Notes: generated from the sequence alone by a model not told the origin. A stretch of DNA of 64,000 bases from Candidatus Hydrothermarchaeales archaeon (GCA_036444275.1 JAZGAD010000047.1:10424-74423); one strand, 5' to 3'. Counted from the first letter of the stretch, positions 38,665-49,034 are shown. Made by a program: numbers and translations.

Positions 38665-38853
38665 ATGTCTAAGGGCACACCTTCTATGGGAAAACGGAAT
38701 AAGCGGCTTCATATCCGCTGCCGGCGATGCGGCAGGAACTCTTTTCATGTGAAGCACGGCTATTGTGCAGCCTGCGGCTTCGGCAGGACTAAGAAGCTAC
38801 GTAACTATTCTTGGCAGACTAAAACTAATAACAGAAAGAGAAGACTCCACTAG
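38665..38853 (+). CDS. rpl37e: 50S ribosomal protein L37e
   Basis: [24 protein letters not shown]. Confidence 0.97.
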   Translation: MSKGTPSMGKRNKRLHIRCRRCGRNSFHVKHGYCAACGFGRTKKLRNYSWQTKTNNRKRRLH

Positions 38854-39021
38854 TCGGAAAATTTTATAAGCCTATGTCGGGAGATCAAACTTGATGGAAG
38901 GTATCGAAGGTCCCTTTACCCTCTACACGTCTTTTAGCCTACAGCTACGTCCTAGTGTGGGCAACATAGGCATTATGCGTATTGCTATTGATTACCCATG
39001 CATCTCTAAATCTGAAGGTGG

Positions 39022-40428
39022 ATGATGTTGCTGAGAGAGAAATGCGGCGTCGTTGGGTTCTACTCAAAAGGAGCACACCGTGTGTCATCCTCCATGTTCT
39101 ACGCCCTCTTTTCCCTTCAGCACCGCGGTCAGGAGTCATGCGGTATCACCACCTTTGATGGGGAGTTCCATACCGAAAAAGGTATGGGCCTTGTGCCAGA
39201 GGTCTTCGACACCGAGCGTTTGGAGAGGCTCCCAGGTAGCTTCGGAATAGGCCATGTGAGATATTCCACAACAGGTGACAGCAGGATAGAGTGTGCCCAG
39301 CCCTTTGTTGTGACTCACTCCAAGGGCACATTGGCAATAGCCCACAATGGAAACCTAGTAAATGCTCTTGAGCTGAGGAAGAAGCTCGAGGATGTTGGCC
39401 AAACATTCGTATCTGACACTGACACCGAGGTAATAGCTAACTTAATCATAAGGGAATTTGTGAGGAGTGGCGATATCGTCGATGCAATAACAGAGGTGAT
39501 GAAGAAGATGGTAGGCTCCTATTCCCTAGTACTGTTAACAGATGAGGAGCTCATTGCGGTCCGCGATCCTCTTGGTATCAAGCCCCTTTGCATGGGCGGG
39601 AATGAAGATGCCACGATGATTGCATCCGAGAGCGTGAGTTTCGATGTCCTGGACATGCCCTACACCAGAGAGGTAAACCCTGGGGAGATAGTGGTAATCA
39701 ATGAAAATGGCGTCACCAGCCATAGGCCTTTTAAGCTGAATAGGAGTGCCTACTGCATGTTTGAATACGTCTATTTTGCTAGGGCTGACTCAGTGCTAAA
39801 TGGCATACCAGTCTACAACGTGAGGGAGAGGATAGGAAAGATAATGGGAAACGATGATGATATAGCCGCTGATTTCGTTACCCCTGTTCCAGACTCTGCG
39901 ATACCCTTTGCCTTAGGTTACTCTCGGAAGACTGGCATACCATACAAAGAAAGCCTGATAAGGAATAGATATGTTGGGAGGACCTTCATCTTGCCCAATC
40001 AGCAGAGCAGGGAGCTTGCTGTTAGACTGAAGCTCAATCCCCTTTTGGAAGAGGTCAAGGGAAAGCGTGTGGTGCTATTCGATGACAGCATAGTACGGGG
40101 GACAACTTCGGGTAAGGTGATACGCATTCTCAAGAGGGCTGGAGCAAGTGAGGTGCACATGCGTGTTGGGTGCCCGCCCATAAAGTCTCTCTGCAAGCTG
40201 GGTATAGATATGCCCACTGACCGAGAGCTCATAGCCAGCGACAAGGAGATAGCGCAGATACAGGCATGGATAGGAGCGGATTCCCTGAAATATCTGACAT
40301 TGGAGGGCTTGACGGATGCAATCGGATTGGGGGAGAACGAGCTCTGCCTCGGTTGCCTGACCGAGCAGTATCCAGTGGAGATTTCCAAAGCGGAACAGGT
40401 CTCTCTGCCGTCATTCGTAGATGATTAA
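39022..40428 (+). CDS. purF: Amidophosphoribosyltransferase
   Basis: EKCGVVG, QHRGQ, GHVRYST, DDSIVRGTTS. Confidence 0.96.
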   Translation: MMLLREKCGVVGFYSKGAHRVSSSMFYALFSLQHRGQESCGITTFDGEFHTEKGMGLVPEVFDTERLERLPGSFGIGHVRYSTTGDSRIECAQPFVVTHSKGTLAIAHNGNLVNALELRKKLEDVGQTFVSDTDTEVIANLIIREFVRSGDIVDAITEVMKKMVGSYSLVLLTDEELIAVRDPLGIKPLCMGGNEDATMIASESVSFDVLDMPYTREVNPGEIVVINENGVTSHRPFKLNRSAYCMFEYVYFARADSVLNGIPVYNVRERIGKIMGNDDDIAADFVTPVPDSAIPFALGYSRKTGIPYKESLIRNRYVGRTFILPNQQSRELAVRLKLNPLLEEVKGKRVVLFDDSIVRGTTSGKVIRILKRAGASEVHMRVGCPPIKSLCKLGIDMPTDRELIASDKEIAQIQAWIGADSLKYLTLEGLTDAIGLGENELCLGCLTEQYPVEISKAEQVSLPSFVDD

Positions 40429-40496
40429 CTAAGTTTGTTATCGATAGGTTTATTTCCCACTGGAAAACAATATAACTGCTTTTCTCTTTTAGATTA

Positions 40497-40569
40497 GGGC
40501 CCGTAGCTCAGTTGGAAGAGTGCTCGCTTGGCATGCGAGCGGCCCCGGGTTCAAGTCCCGGCGGGTCCA
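40497..40569 (+). tRNA. tRNA-Ala(GGC)
   Basis: GGGCCCG/CGGGTCC acceptor stem with G3:U70; CTCGC-TTGGCAT-GCGAG anticodon arm; GGTTCAAGTCC. Confidence 0.96.
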
Positions 40570-40623
40570 CTATCCTTTTTGATCCAAGTATTGTACACCC
40601 TCCACTCTATGCCGCTGAAAAAC

Positions 40624-41043
40624 TCATCTTCCTTTAAAGAGCATTTTCCCCAGGCCTGAAACTGCTCCTACTTTTTCATACTTGGCCTTAAATATATCAC
40701 TCGCAGTGATTATCCCGGCCAGCTTCCCCTCGCTTAAAACCGGCAGTTTTTTGATATTCCTCTTTGTCATCAAGTCAATGGCATAGTCTATGTCTTTATC
40801 CTCTTCAACTGTGAGTATACCTTTCGTCATAATATCCATAATACGCAAGTTTTCAAGGTGCATATCAGTTGCAAGTGCTCTTTTCAGCATATCCCTTTCA
40901 GTGAGTATCCCTTTGACTTTTCTGTCTTCGACTACGAGGAGACATCCCACATTATTTCGCGACATCAAGTAGGCTGCGTCCTTTATCGTTGCATTTGGAC
41001 TAATCACAATTACATTCGTGGTCATCAAATCTCTTATCAACAT
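40624..41043 (-). CDS. CBS domain pair protein
   Basis: IRDLMT, GILTERD, KKLPV, GIITASD. Confidence 0.92.
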   Translation of the reverse strand: MLIRDLMTTNVIVISPNATIKDAAYLMSRNNVGCLLVVEDRKVKGILTERDMLKRALATDMHLENLRIMDIMTKGILTVEEDKDIDYAIDLMTKRNIKKLPVLSEGKLAGIITASDIFKAKYEKVGAVSGLGKMLFKGR

Positions 41044-41168
41044 GAGATTGTCCTTCCGTTGAATGTATTATATAATTACTATCATATCTACTTTTCTTAT
41101 TATACCCTCAACATCAGTGTACATAACATACAAAGCATTAAATTTCCTCTGATTAATAGAAGCTCTAT

Positions 41169-42065
41169 ATGCTCCTGGAAATTTTAAAACATCATGGCCC
41201 AGCTAGGCTGGGTAAATTGGAGCACGAGGGCTGCGAGATAGCAACGCCCAACTTTTTCTCTATCATAGCTAGAGATGTCGCCCTAGATCATGACATCTAT
41301 ATAGTATCTCACGATGTAAAGACCAGCAGGAAGCCACTTATCTACAATTATGGGAGTCTAAAAACCAAGAAGGATATAGGTGCATTTGGGATCCTACCCG
41401 ATGACGGGGCGGCGTTAAAGGTCCCAAAGGAAATCGCTGAATTCTCAGTAGAGAGTACGCTGAAATTCGCAGAAAAGTACCCTGGTTACGGTGCAGTCAT
41501 ACAGGGCTCAAAATATCCAGCGCTAAGGATGAAATGCGCCAGAGCTCTTAAAGAACATCCCTTACTAGTGATCGCGGACGCAGGAGAGCTCTTAGAAAAC
41601 CCGAGACTCCTAGTGGAGATAGTTACAGGAATAAGGGAGGTGATTCCCCCGAATACAGCTTTGTATTTCCCCTTCGCCTCTCCTCACATGTTCTACCTGC
41701 TAGCATATATGGGCGTAGACCTCTTCGATTCAGGCGACTGTATACTAAAAGCCAGGAGGAACGAGATCATAACTACTAGGGGGCACCTCTACCTGAAGGA
41801 TTTAAAGGAACTTCCCTGCACATGCTCTGTATGCAGGGATAGAAGTCCTGAAGAATTGGTAGAAGATTTCAATGCTGTATTGAAGCATAATTTTGATCTC
41901 TCAGTATGCGTCGTTAGAGAGATAAGAGAAGCGATAAGAAAGGGCATACTAAGGGAGCTAGTGGAAGAGAAAGCCGCAGGCGGCACCCTAGCAATGACGA
42001 TGCTGAGGCTATTGGATCAAGAAAAACAGGACTTCTTAGAGAGATACACGCCTGTAGTGCCCTAG
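41169..42065 (+). CDS. Archaeosine synthase ArcS N-terminal TGT-like part
   Basis: GPARLG, LAYMGVDLFD, CTCSVC...HN, IREAI..G.LRELVE. Confidence 0.75.
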   Translation: MLLEILKHHGPARLGKLEHEGCEIATPNFFSIIARDVALDHDIYIVSHDVKTSRKPLIYNYGSLKTKKDIGAFGILPDDGAALKVPKEIAEFSVESTLKFAEKYPGYGAVIQGSKYPALRMKCARALKEHPLLVIADAGELLENPRLLVEIVTGIREVIPPNTALYFPFASPHMFYLLAYMGVDLFDSGDCILKARRNEIITTRGHLYLKDLKELPCTCSVCRDRSPEELVEDFNAVLKHNFDLSVCVVREIREAIRKGILRELVEEKAAGGTLAMTMLRLLDQEKQDFLERYTPVVP

Positions 42066-43220
42066 AAAATGAAGCTCGAGTCTAAATTTAACTCTAGAAA
42101 AGGCCTCGACTGCAAGAGCTGAAAAGCCGAGTATTCCAGCGAGAATCAGCATCTCCCTCCACTTCGCTCTAGAACCAGAAGGCTCATCTACAGCTGCGGG
42201 CGAGGGCGCTCGAAGCACGAGGTCGTCTTCAGACTCTTCTTGAAGTCTTAGTACAGGCTCCTTCTGCTCCTCTTCATGTCTAGACCTTTCCGCGGCAACA
42301 TCTACTACAGTCACTTCAACAGCACGAGGTGCAATTTCTTCCACTGGCGCAAGAGCTGGAACCGGAACCGGCATCTCCTTGATTACCGGTGGGAGCGCAA
42401 CTTCAATCCCAGCTACCCATATATCGTACATGCCGCCCTCATCAGAGGCATAGGCTATCTTGGCGCCGTCTGGACTCCAAGCTGGGCCCACCTGCCAGGA
42501 TTTCTTGGTAGTCATCCTCTCCATGCTTCCTTCTTCCAATATCCAAATGTCATAATTGCCCTCCCGATAGGACACAAAGGCTATACTCTCACCGTCAGGG
42601 CTCCAAGAGAGCTGGCCCTTCCAATAGGCATCTCCTACTAGAAGCCTCTTATCTTCTGTCTCTGGATTTATTAGCCAGATGTTGTAGCCCCCGTCAGTGG
42701 AGAGATAGGCTACTCCATCCCCCTTAGGATTCCACACAGGTGACCGAGACTTTCCATCGCTGGTGACGCGCTTAGCACCATTTCCATCGGCATTGATCAC
42801 CCAGATATGTCCTTCACCGTTTTGTCTTGGAGAAAGGATGAATGCTATCTTGCCATCTGGACTCCACGTAGGCGAATGCTTCCAGCCATCCCCTGTTGTT
42901 ATCTGCCTTGCATCGCTTCCATCGCTTCTCATCACCCAGAGCTCCTGCTTCCCCTGGTGCTCAGAGATGAATGCTATAAATTTGCCGTCAGGACTCCAAA
43001 CTGGCTGTTCATCCCGGTATATATCCGATGTCAAAGCCTTCTGCTGGGCCCCATCAGCATTCATAACCCAGATATCATAGCTGGGGGACTGATATACTAT
43101 AAATCTGCCGTCAGGACTCCAGGAGGGGGCTACGCCAAGAGAAGAGGTCGGCTGCCCCTCCAATGCATAGCCTTGACTGACGCAGACAAGCAGTGCCAAA
43201 AAGAATACCCAAACCCGCAT
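42036..43220 (-). CDS. Secreted TolB-like/PD40 beta-propeller protein with C-terminal TM
   Basis: Repeated PxWSPDG..IAF.S; signal peptide. Confidence 0.88.
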   Translation of the reverse strand: MRVWVFFLALLVCVSQGYALEGQPTSSLGVAPSWSPDGRFIVYQSPSYDIWVMNADGAQQKALTSDIYRDEQPVWSPDGKFIAFISEHQGKQELWVMRSDGSDARQITTGDGWKHSPTWSPDGKIAFILSPRQNGEGHIWVINADGNGAKRVTSDGKSRSPVWNPKGDGVAYLSTDGGYNIWLINPETEDKRLLVGDAYWKGQLSWSPDGESIAFVSYREGNYDIWILEEGSMERMTTKKSWQVGPAWSPDGAKIAYASDEGGMYDIWVAGIEVALPPVIKEMPVPVPALAPVEEIAPRAVEVTVVDVAAERSRHEEEQKEPVLRLQEESEDDLVLRAPSPAAVDEPSGSRAKWREMLILAGILGFSALAVEAFSRVKFRLELHFLGHYRRVSL

Positions 43221-43266
43221 GACTATATATTACGTGAACACGGTATAAAAATTTAGGGTTTCAAAT

Positions 43267-44193
43267 ATGCTTCTATCGACAGCAGAATCATTAAATAGAC
43301 CAGAAGTAGCTAGGTGGCATGATAGAATTCTGAATAGGTATACTCCGCCACCGGGAATAAAGCTTAGTGTGCTCTTACCATGCTCTGCCAGGAAGCCGTA
43401 CTCCAAGTCGAAGTCGCATATCCTCTTCAGGAAGTACATCAAGAGGGGAGCCGGGAGTAAACTGCACCTAGTGCATGAGGTCATCCTCACCTCGCCCCTG
43501 GGTTTAGTTCCTCGTGAACTTGAGAACCTCTATCCAGCTGCCCACTACGACGTTCCGGTAACCGGTCACTGGAGTGGAGAGGAGAAAGAAATTGCTATCA
43601 ATTTGCTCTCTAGCTATATGAAAAAAGCTGAGGCACCAGCGCTAGCCCACGTCGAGGGTGCCTATCGAGAGATATGCGGCAGCCTATCGATTCCAATGAC
43701 TGCAGGTGGACTGAATAAGAGTACGCTTGAGGAGTTACAAAGAAAAATCTACGACGCTCTCAAGGACTGTCAGCCTGTCAAGGTGAATAGAAGGCTTGAG
43801 AATCTGAGGAGAGCCTGCGACTTTCAATTCGGCTTGGGAGCTGGTAACATCTTGATCCCAGAAGAGACTGCGATTAAGGGGTATCAGTTATTCCTCAAAG
43901 GGGAGCAGATAGCAGCGATTAAGCCTGGAGATGGTTTTCTAGCTCTTGCCTCTGCCGGTGGAAGACTCCTCAAGGATTATGGCAGGTATTGGGTGGAGAT
44001 ATCCTTCAAGCCAGATACCAACAGCATCTTCTCCGTCGGCGTGGATAAAGCTGACAAACGAATAAGGCCCAACGATGAGGTCGTCGTCCTCTACAATGGT
44101 GATGTGGTAGGCGTTGGAAAGGCACTCTTAAATGGCGAAGAGATGACGAGAGCAGAGAAAGGATTGGCAGTAGAGCTGAGGCATAGGCTTTAG
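43267..44193 (+). CDS. arcS: Archaeosine synthase ArcS C-terminal part (DUF5591 + PUA)
   Basis: LLPCSARKPYS.SKSH, TSPLGLVPRELE..YPAAHYD, PUA domain. Confidence 0.85.
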   Translation: MLLSTAESLNRPEVARWHDRILNRYTPPPGIKLSVLLPCSARKPYSKSKSHILFRKYIKRGAGSKLHLVHEVILTSPLGLVPRELENLYPAAHYDVPVTGHWSGEEKEIAINLLSSYMKKAEAPALAHVEGAYREICGSLSIPMTAGGLNKSTLEELQRKIYDALKDCQPVKVNRRLENLRRACDFQFGLGAGNILIPEETAIKGYQLFLKGEQIAAIKPGDGFLALASAGGRLLKDYGRYWVEISFKPDTNSIFSVGVDKADKRIRPNDEVVVLYNGDVVGVGKALLNGEEMTRAEKGLAVELRHRL

Positions 44194-44199
44194 TTCTGC

Positions 44200-44604
44200 T
44201 TAGCGTATCTCGACCTTTTCTTCTATAAATCCTTCTTTCTCGTCCCAGATCCAAGAGGTAACAGGTATCTTACTGGGCAGGGATACGACGACGTAGGAGT
44301 GCCCCGGCCAAGTTGCTGTGGCCTCATCAACAGCTGAAGGTTCTGAAAGAGCCATTGGATGTGAGTGGTAGAAGCCCAGTACCTCTAGTCCACTTTCCTC
44401 GATCTCTGTAATTACACGAAGAAGTTCCTCTGGGCTTATCTCATAGCGTGCGTTTGAAAAAGCAATGTTTTTGCATTCGTAGACCTGCTCTACGAACTTA
44501 TCCTTCGTTGATACTCCGGCAAGGATACCACAAGCCTCCTTCGGCGCTTCTCTCTGGGCATGAGCAATTAACCTATGAATTAACTCTCTAGCAAAGACAA
44601 GCAT
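44200..44604 (-). CDS. JAMM/MPN+ (M67) metalloprotease
   Basis: EACG; YHSHP....PS..D. Confidence 0.92.
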   Translation of the reverse strand: MLVFARELIHRLIAHAQREAPKEACGILAGVSTKDKFVEQVYECKNIAFSNARYEISPEELLRVITEIEESGLEVLGFYHSHPMALSEPSAVDEATATWPGHSYVVVSLPSKIPVTSWIWDEKEGFIEEKVEIR

Positions 44605-44692
44605 GAATAGGAATCACTACGATGGATAGATAAATTGTTACCCAATAATATTCCGACTGCAAGAGGGCTAGACCTTGTGAGAAGTTATAAGA

Positions 44693-45523
44693 CTACATCT
44701 CTCCTTCGAAGACAAACTCTACTGGACCCCGCAGTAACACCTTCTCTATCACCCCGTCTTTCTCCACAACCTCGACGAATAACTTTCCTCCCTTAGCATC
44801 AATTGCAATAGGGCTATCGCTTTTAGCTTTGCCTAGAGCAACCGCCACTGCCGCGGAGGCCCCTATCCCGGTACCGCAGGCAAGAGTCTCGGCCTCTACA
44901 CCCCGCTCATAGGTCCTTATCTTGAACCTGTTTTCTCCTGCCGCCTGCAGGAAGTTCACATTAGTACCTTTTGGGAATAGCTCGCTCCCCCTTATCCTTC
45001 TTCCTATCCCGGAGACATCGATGTTATCTATATCCTCGTCCTCGGCAAATGCTACGACATGGGGCACACCTAGATTGACAGCTGAGACTAATATGCCTTC
45101 CACTTCCTCGTTTAGAAACGTGCCATTCCCACTAGCGGGGATCTTTGCCCTATCAAATTCAGGCCTCCCGAGGTCCGCACCTACTTCTTTTCCGTTATCT
45201 ACAGTTACTTCTAGAGGGCCTGCTAGGGTCTCTATCACCATCCTCTCTTTAGCAACTATACTCTTATCGTATGCATATTTAGCCAAGCAGCGTATGCCGT
45301 TTCCACACATCTCAGCTTCACTGCCATCTGGATTGAAAATACGCATTTGAATGTCAGCTGTCGTGGAGGATTCAAGAAAGATAAGCCCATCCCCACCCAC
45401 TCCAAATCTACGGTGGCACAGCCTCCTCGCTAATTCAGCCTTTTTATCCTGTGGGACTTGATCCAACAGTGAATTAATCAATATGAAATCATTTCCAGCG
45501 CCGTGATACTTGTAGAACCTCAT
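44693..45523 (-). CDS. dapF: Diaminopimelate epimerase
   Basis: KYHGAGNDF, EMCGNG, ERG..ETLACGTG. Confidence 0.96.
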   Translation of the reverse strand: MRFYKYHGAGNDFILINSLLDQVPQDKKAELARRLCHRRFGVGGDGLIFLESSTTADIQMRIFNPDGSEAEMCGNGIRCLAKYAYDKSIVAKERMVIETLAGPLEVTVDNGKEVGADLGRPEFDRAKIPASGNGTFLNEEVEGILVSAVNLGVPHVVAFAEDEDIDNIDVSGIGRRIRGSELFPKGTNVNFLQAAGENRFKIRTYERGVEAETLACGTGIGASAAVAVALGKAKSDSPIAIDAKGGKLFVEVVEKDGVIEKVLLRGPVEFVFEGEM

Positions 45524-45710
45524 GAGGTTGGATATCTTATTAGAGTATTAAAAATTTTGTGACCTCCGTATGTTCTGGAGTTAAATTAATCCCCCGTCTT
45601 CTTTTTCAACGATAATACCTTTCCATTGGCAGTGAGCTCAAAATCCACGAGAAGCTGCGGAAGGAACGATAAGGAGGGACTTTGGCACCGGCACTAGGAG
45701 AAAGGGTATA

Positions 45711-45845
45711 TCACCATTCATCGGATAAACATCTCTTGCAGAGCAAGACCTCGAGGTCTCCGCAGCCAGGGCAGTACAACTCCTCACATCTCTGACATTC
45801 GTATATCATGAGCGAATTCTGACCGCAGACATCGCAGGCTGTCAT
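45711..45845 (-). CDS. 44-aa protein with four CxxC motifs (not in ORF track)
   Basis: MTACDVCGQNSLMIYECQRCEELYCPGCGDLEVLLCKRCLSDEW. Confidence 0.8.
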   Translation of the reverse strand: MTACDVCGQNSLMIYECQRCEELYCPGCGDLEVLLCKRCLSDEW

Positions 45846-45929
45846 TTAGCATTCAATTTTTTGGATACCCTTTTTAAATCTTTCGCTCAAGCGACCAGCA
45901 CTAACACCCCAAAAGACAGATATCATTGT

Positions 45930-46853
45930 CTAAGGATTATCCGTTATTTCTCCTTTCAGATATCTCAGGGTCTTCTCTAAGCCTTTCTCGATGCTGACCT
46001 GCGCCTTCCAACCTAATTCCGCTTTCGCCCTAGAGGCATCGAGACTTATTCTCCTAACTTCTCCTGGAATCGGAGAGCCGAAGTCTGCCTCCATCTTTAC
46101 ACCTAATATCTGTCTCATGGTCTCAAATATTTGGTTGACAGAGGTCTCTTTACCAGTGCCTATATTGTAGATCCCGTTCCCCTCTTCCATTGACAATAGA
46201 TTTGCCCTGGCAATATCTTCAACATAGACGAAGTCCCGGGTCTGCTCTCCGTCTCCAAAGATCGTCGGTTGCTCACTCCGGAGCATCTTGCCTCCGAAAA
46301 TTGCGATCACTCCGGCTTCGCCAAATGGGTCCTGCCTTGGACCGTAAACATTGCCGTATCTGAGGGAAACATAGCCCAAGCCATAGACATCACTATAAAT
46401 CTGTAAATACTTCTCAACAGCGTATTTAGAGGCTCCATAGGGAGAAAGAGGATTTACCGGATGCTCTTCGTCTACAGGCAGGTACTGAGGCTCACCGTAT
46501 ACAGCCCCACCACTAGAGGCATAGATGAACTTTTTCGCGTCTCGGCAACATTCCAATAGGTTCAGCGAACCGAGGATATTCACCTTAGCATCGAATACAG
46601 GATCCTCCAACGATCTTCGTACCTGTGCCTGAGCGGCATGATGCACCACATATTCAATCCCCTCTTTCCGGACAAGTTCCTTAATCTCCTCGCTGGTGAT
46701 ATCTACCTTGTAAAAGGTTGCCTCTTTGCTGACGTTTTCCAGTTTACCTGTAGAGAGGTTGTCTACTATTACGACGTCGTATTCTCTAGCAAGCAGTAAA
46801 TCAGCCACATGCGAGCCTATGAAGCCCGCTCCACCAGTAACGAGAACCTTCAT
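45930..46853 (-). CDS. NAD-dependent epimerase (UDP-glucose 4-epimerase-like)
   Basis: GGAGFIG, SSGGAVYG, YGASK. Confidence 0.9.
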   Translation of the reverse strand: MKVLVTGGAGFIGSHVADLLLAREYDVVIVDNLSTGKLENVSKEATFYKVDITSEEIKELVRKEGIEYVVHHAAQAQVRRSLEDPVFDAKVNILGSLNLLECCRDAKKFIYASSGGAVYGEPQYLPVDEEHPVNPLSPYGASKYAVEKYLQIYSDVYGLGYVSLRYGNVYGPRQDPFGEAGVIAIFGGKMLRSEQPTIFGDGEQTRDFVYVEDIARANLLSMEEGNGIYNIGTGKETSVNQIFETMRQILGVKMEADFGSPIPGEVRRISLDASRAKAELGWKAQVSIEKGLEKTLRYLKGEITDNP

Positions 46854-46892
46854 CTCAAAAATACCCTTTGGCTGTTTATGACATGCATTACC

Positions 46893-47912
46893 TTAAAAAA
46901 TCTCTTTATTCTCCTGGATCCAGTTCACCAGTCTCTCCACCCCCTCCTTAGGAGATACCTCTGGGCTCCAACCCAGCTTCTCTTTAGCCTTGGAGATGTC
47001 GGAGATATAAGCACGTTGATCACTGGGTCTCCAATCATCGAAGGACACATCAGCTTTCTTACCTGTGAACTCCTCCAACACGTTCAAGAGTTCTAATAAT
47101 GACAGTGTATTCTCAGGGCCCCCGCCCATGTTGAAGACGTCATGGCGTATCTTCTTTCTTCTTTGGATGAAGGCATCGAAGGCGGCTACTAAATCCGAAA
47201 CATATAGGACATCTCGCACCTGGTTTCCGTCGCCATATATGGTTATAGGTTTGCCTGTGATAGTAGCTATAGCGAACCAGGACACCCAGCCTTGATCCGC
47301 TATTCCAAACTGCCGCGTGCCGTATATGCAAGACATACGGAAGACCGCAGTATCCAAGCCATATAGGTGACCATAGTCCTGGACATATAGGTCTCCAGCT
47401 AGCTTGGAACAGCCATAAGGGGTATGCTCACATAAATCAATGGAATAATCTTCTGGTACGCCTTTCTCTCGCGTGAGCCCATATCGCCCATTCTTTTTCA
47501 CCACTAGCTCGTTTACATTCCCACCATAGACCTTGTTAGTCGAGCAATAGACAATTGCTGGATCACTCCCCGAATTCCTTGCAGCCTCTACGACATTGAA
47601 GGTGCCCAAAGCATTATCCCCGAAATCACCTCTAGGATTCTGGACTGAAAGAGTGACTGCTGTCTGGGCTGCAGCATGCACAATAACATCTACGTCTACT
47701 AACCCTTCGAGATCCTCGACCCTACGGATATCCCCCTTAACTAGCTTTACACCCTGCTTTTCCCTAAGGTAATCCCAATTATACTTGGCTTTAGGCTCCA
47801 GGGAAACTCTAGATGCGTTATCCAGTGCTATGACCTCGTGCCCCTGATCTGCATAATATTCCACCACGTGCGAGCCTACAAACCCAGCGCCACCAGTAAC
47901 AAGAAGCTTCAT
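46893..47912 (-). CDS. NAD-dependent epimerase, CDP-paratose 2-epimerase (RfbE)-like
   Basis: AQTAVT.S, STNKVYG, PYGCSK, FRMSCIYG, DQGW. Confidence 0.85.
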   Translation of the reverse strand: MKLLVTGGAGFVGSHVVEYYADQGHEVIALDNASRVSLEPKAKYNWDYLREKQGVKLVKGDIRRVEDLEGLVDVDVIVHAAAQTAVTLSVQNPRGDFGDNALGTFNVVEAARNSGSDPAIVYCSTNKVYGGNVNELVVKKNGRYGLTREKGVPEDYSIDLCEHTPYGCSKLAGDLYVQDYGHLYGLDTAVFRMSCIYGTRQFGIADQGWVSWFAIATITGKPITIYGDGNQVRDVLYVSDLVAAFDAFIQRRKKIRHDVFNMGGGPENTLSLLELLNVLEEFTGKKADVSFDDWRPSDQRAYISDISKAKEKLGWSPEVSPKEGVERLVNWIQENKEIF

Positions 47913-47918
47913 ACCTAC

Positions 47919-49034
47919 CTAACCTCCTATCAACTTCCGCTTCTCCAATTCAGCCTGTGCCTTCTCGAAGAGATCCTCTACCTCATCCGCAGATTGGGCA
48001 TTGACCCATTGCACCAGCTTTTGCATGCCATCACGAAACTCGGTTTCTGGTTTATAGCCAAGCCTCTTGATCCTAGAGATGTCGGCATAGCAGTGCCGGA
48101 TGTCACCCTCTCTGAACTTATTAACGATCACCGGTGAAAGGTCCTTTCCATATAGGCTTATGAGGACATCGGCAATCTCACTTATGTTCACCGGTTTGCC
48201 TGTCCCAACGTTGAATGCCTGGTAATCTGCATTCCTCTTCAAGGCTAGGATATTAGCCTGGACTATATCGTGCACCGATACGAAGTCTCTACTCTGTAGA
48301 CCATCCTCGTAGATAACCGGGGGGTGATTGTTCCTTATTCGCGAGGAGAAAATAGCACACACACCCGTGTAAGGGTTCGACAGGGCCTGCCTCGACCCAT
48401 AGACGTTGAAATATCGAAGTGCCACAGTTGGTATACCATAGGCTTCGCCCACGACGAGGCACATCTCCTCCTGGTCTCTCTTGGTTATAGCATATATGGA
48501 GGTTGGGTGTAGGGGTTTATTCTCGTCTGTCGCAAGGGGTATCGCTTCTCTGCCGCAGGAAGGACACTTCATCTCCCATTCCCCAGCCTTGAGTTGCTCC
48601 TTGGATCGCAGCTTAGGATATACTATACCGCATTCATCACACTCGTATTTGCCCTCGCCATAGATGCTCATGGAAGAGGCGACGATGAGCTTCTTAACAT
48701 CATGCTCCTCATTGACGAGTATCTGCAGGAGCTTGGAAGTAGCGTAAGTGTTATCATTGACATAACTCTGGATCTGGTACATGCTTTGTCCCACTCCTAC
48801 TGCAGAGGCTTCATGAAAGATGATTTCGCTTTCCATTACTAGGTCTTTTAATCCTTCATCGCCTACATCGCCCTTGATGAATTTCGCATTTTCATTTAGG
48901 TACGACGGTAGCCCCCTATGCACTTGTGGATTCAGATTATCCAAGATGGTTACTTCGTTATTCTTCACCAATTCATCTACTAAATGCGAGCCTATGAATC
49001 CAGCTCCACCAGTAACCAATACCTTGTAGCTCAT
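47919..49034 (-). CDS. NAD-dependent epimerase/dehydratase with Zn-ribbon insertion
   Basis: GGAGFIG, VGVGQSMY, CDEC...CPSC, YAITK. Confidence 0.85.
   Translation of the reverse strand: MSYKVLVTGGAGFIGSHLVDELVKNNEVTILDNLNPQVHRGLPSYLNENAKFIKGDVGDEGLKDLVMESEIIFHEASAVGVGQSMYQIQSYVNDNTYATSKLLQILVNEEHDVKKLIVASSMSIYGEGKYECDECGIVYPKLRSKEQLKAGEWEMKCPSCGREAIPLATDENKPLHPTSIYAITKRDQEEMCLVVGEAYGIPTVALRYFNVYGSRQALSNPYTGVCAIFSSRIRNNHPPVIYEDGLQSRDFVSVHDIVQANILALKRNADYQAFNVGTGKPVNISEIADVLISLYGKDLSPVIVNKFREGDIRHCYADISRIKRLGYKPETEFRDGMQKLVQWVNAQSADEVEDLFEKAQAELEKRKLIGG

Noticed and set aside
40497-40569. tRNA-Ala and tRNA-Pro as integration sites
   Set aside because: No duplicated tRNA 3' ends or integrase seen in the window.
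47919-49034. Zn-ribbon insertion in an SDR epimerase
   Set aside because: Recognised as a recurring feature of a widespread epimerase subfamily, so not novel.
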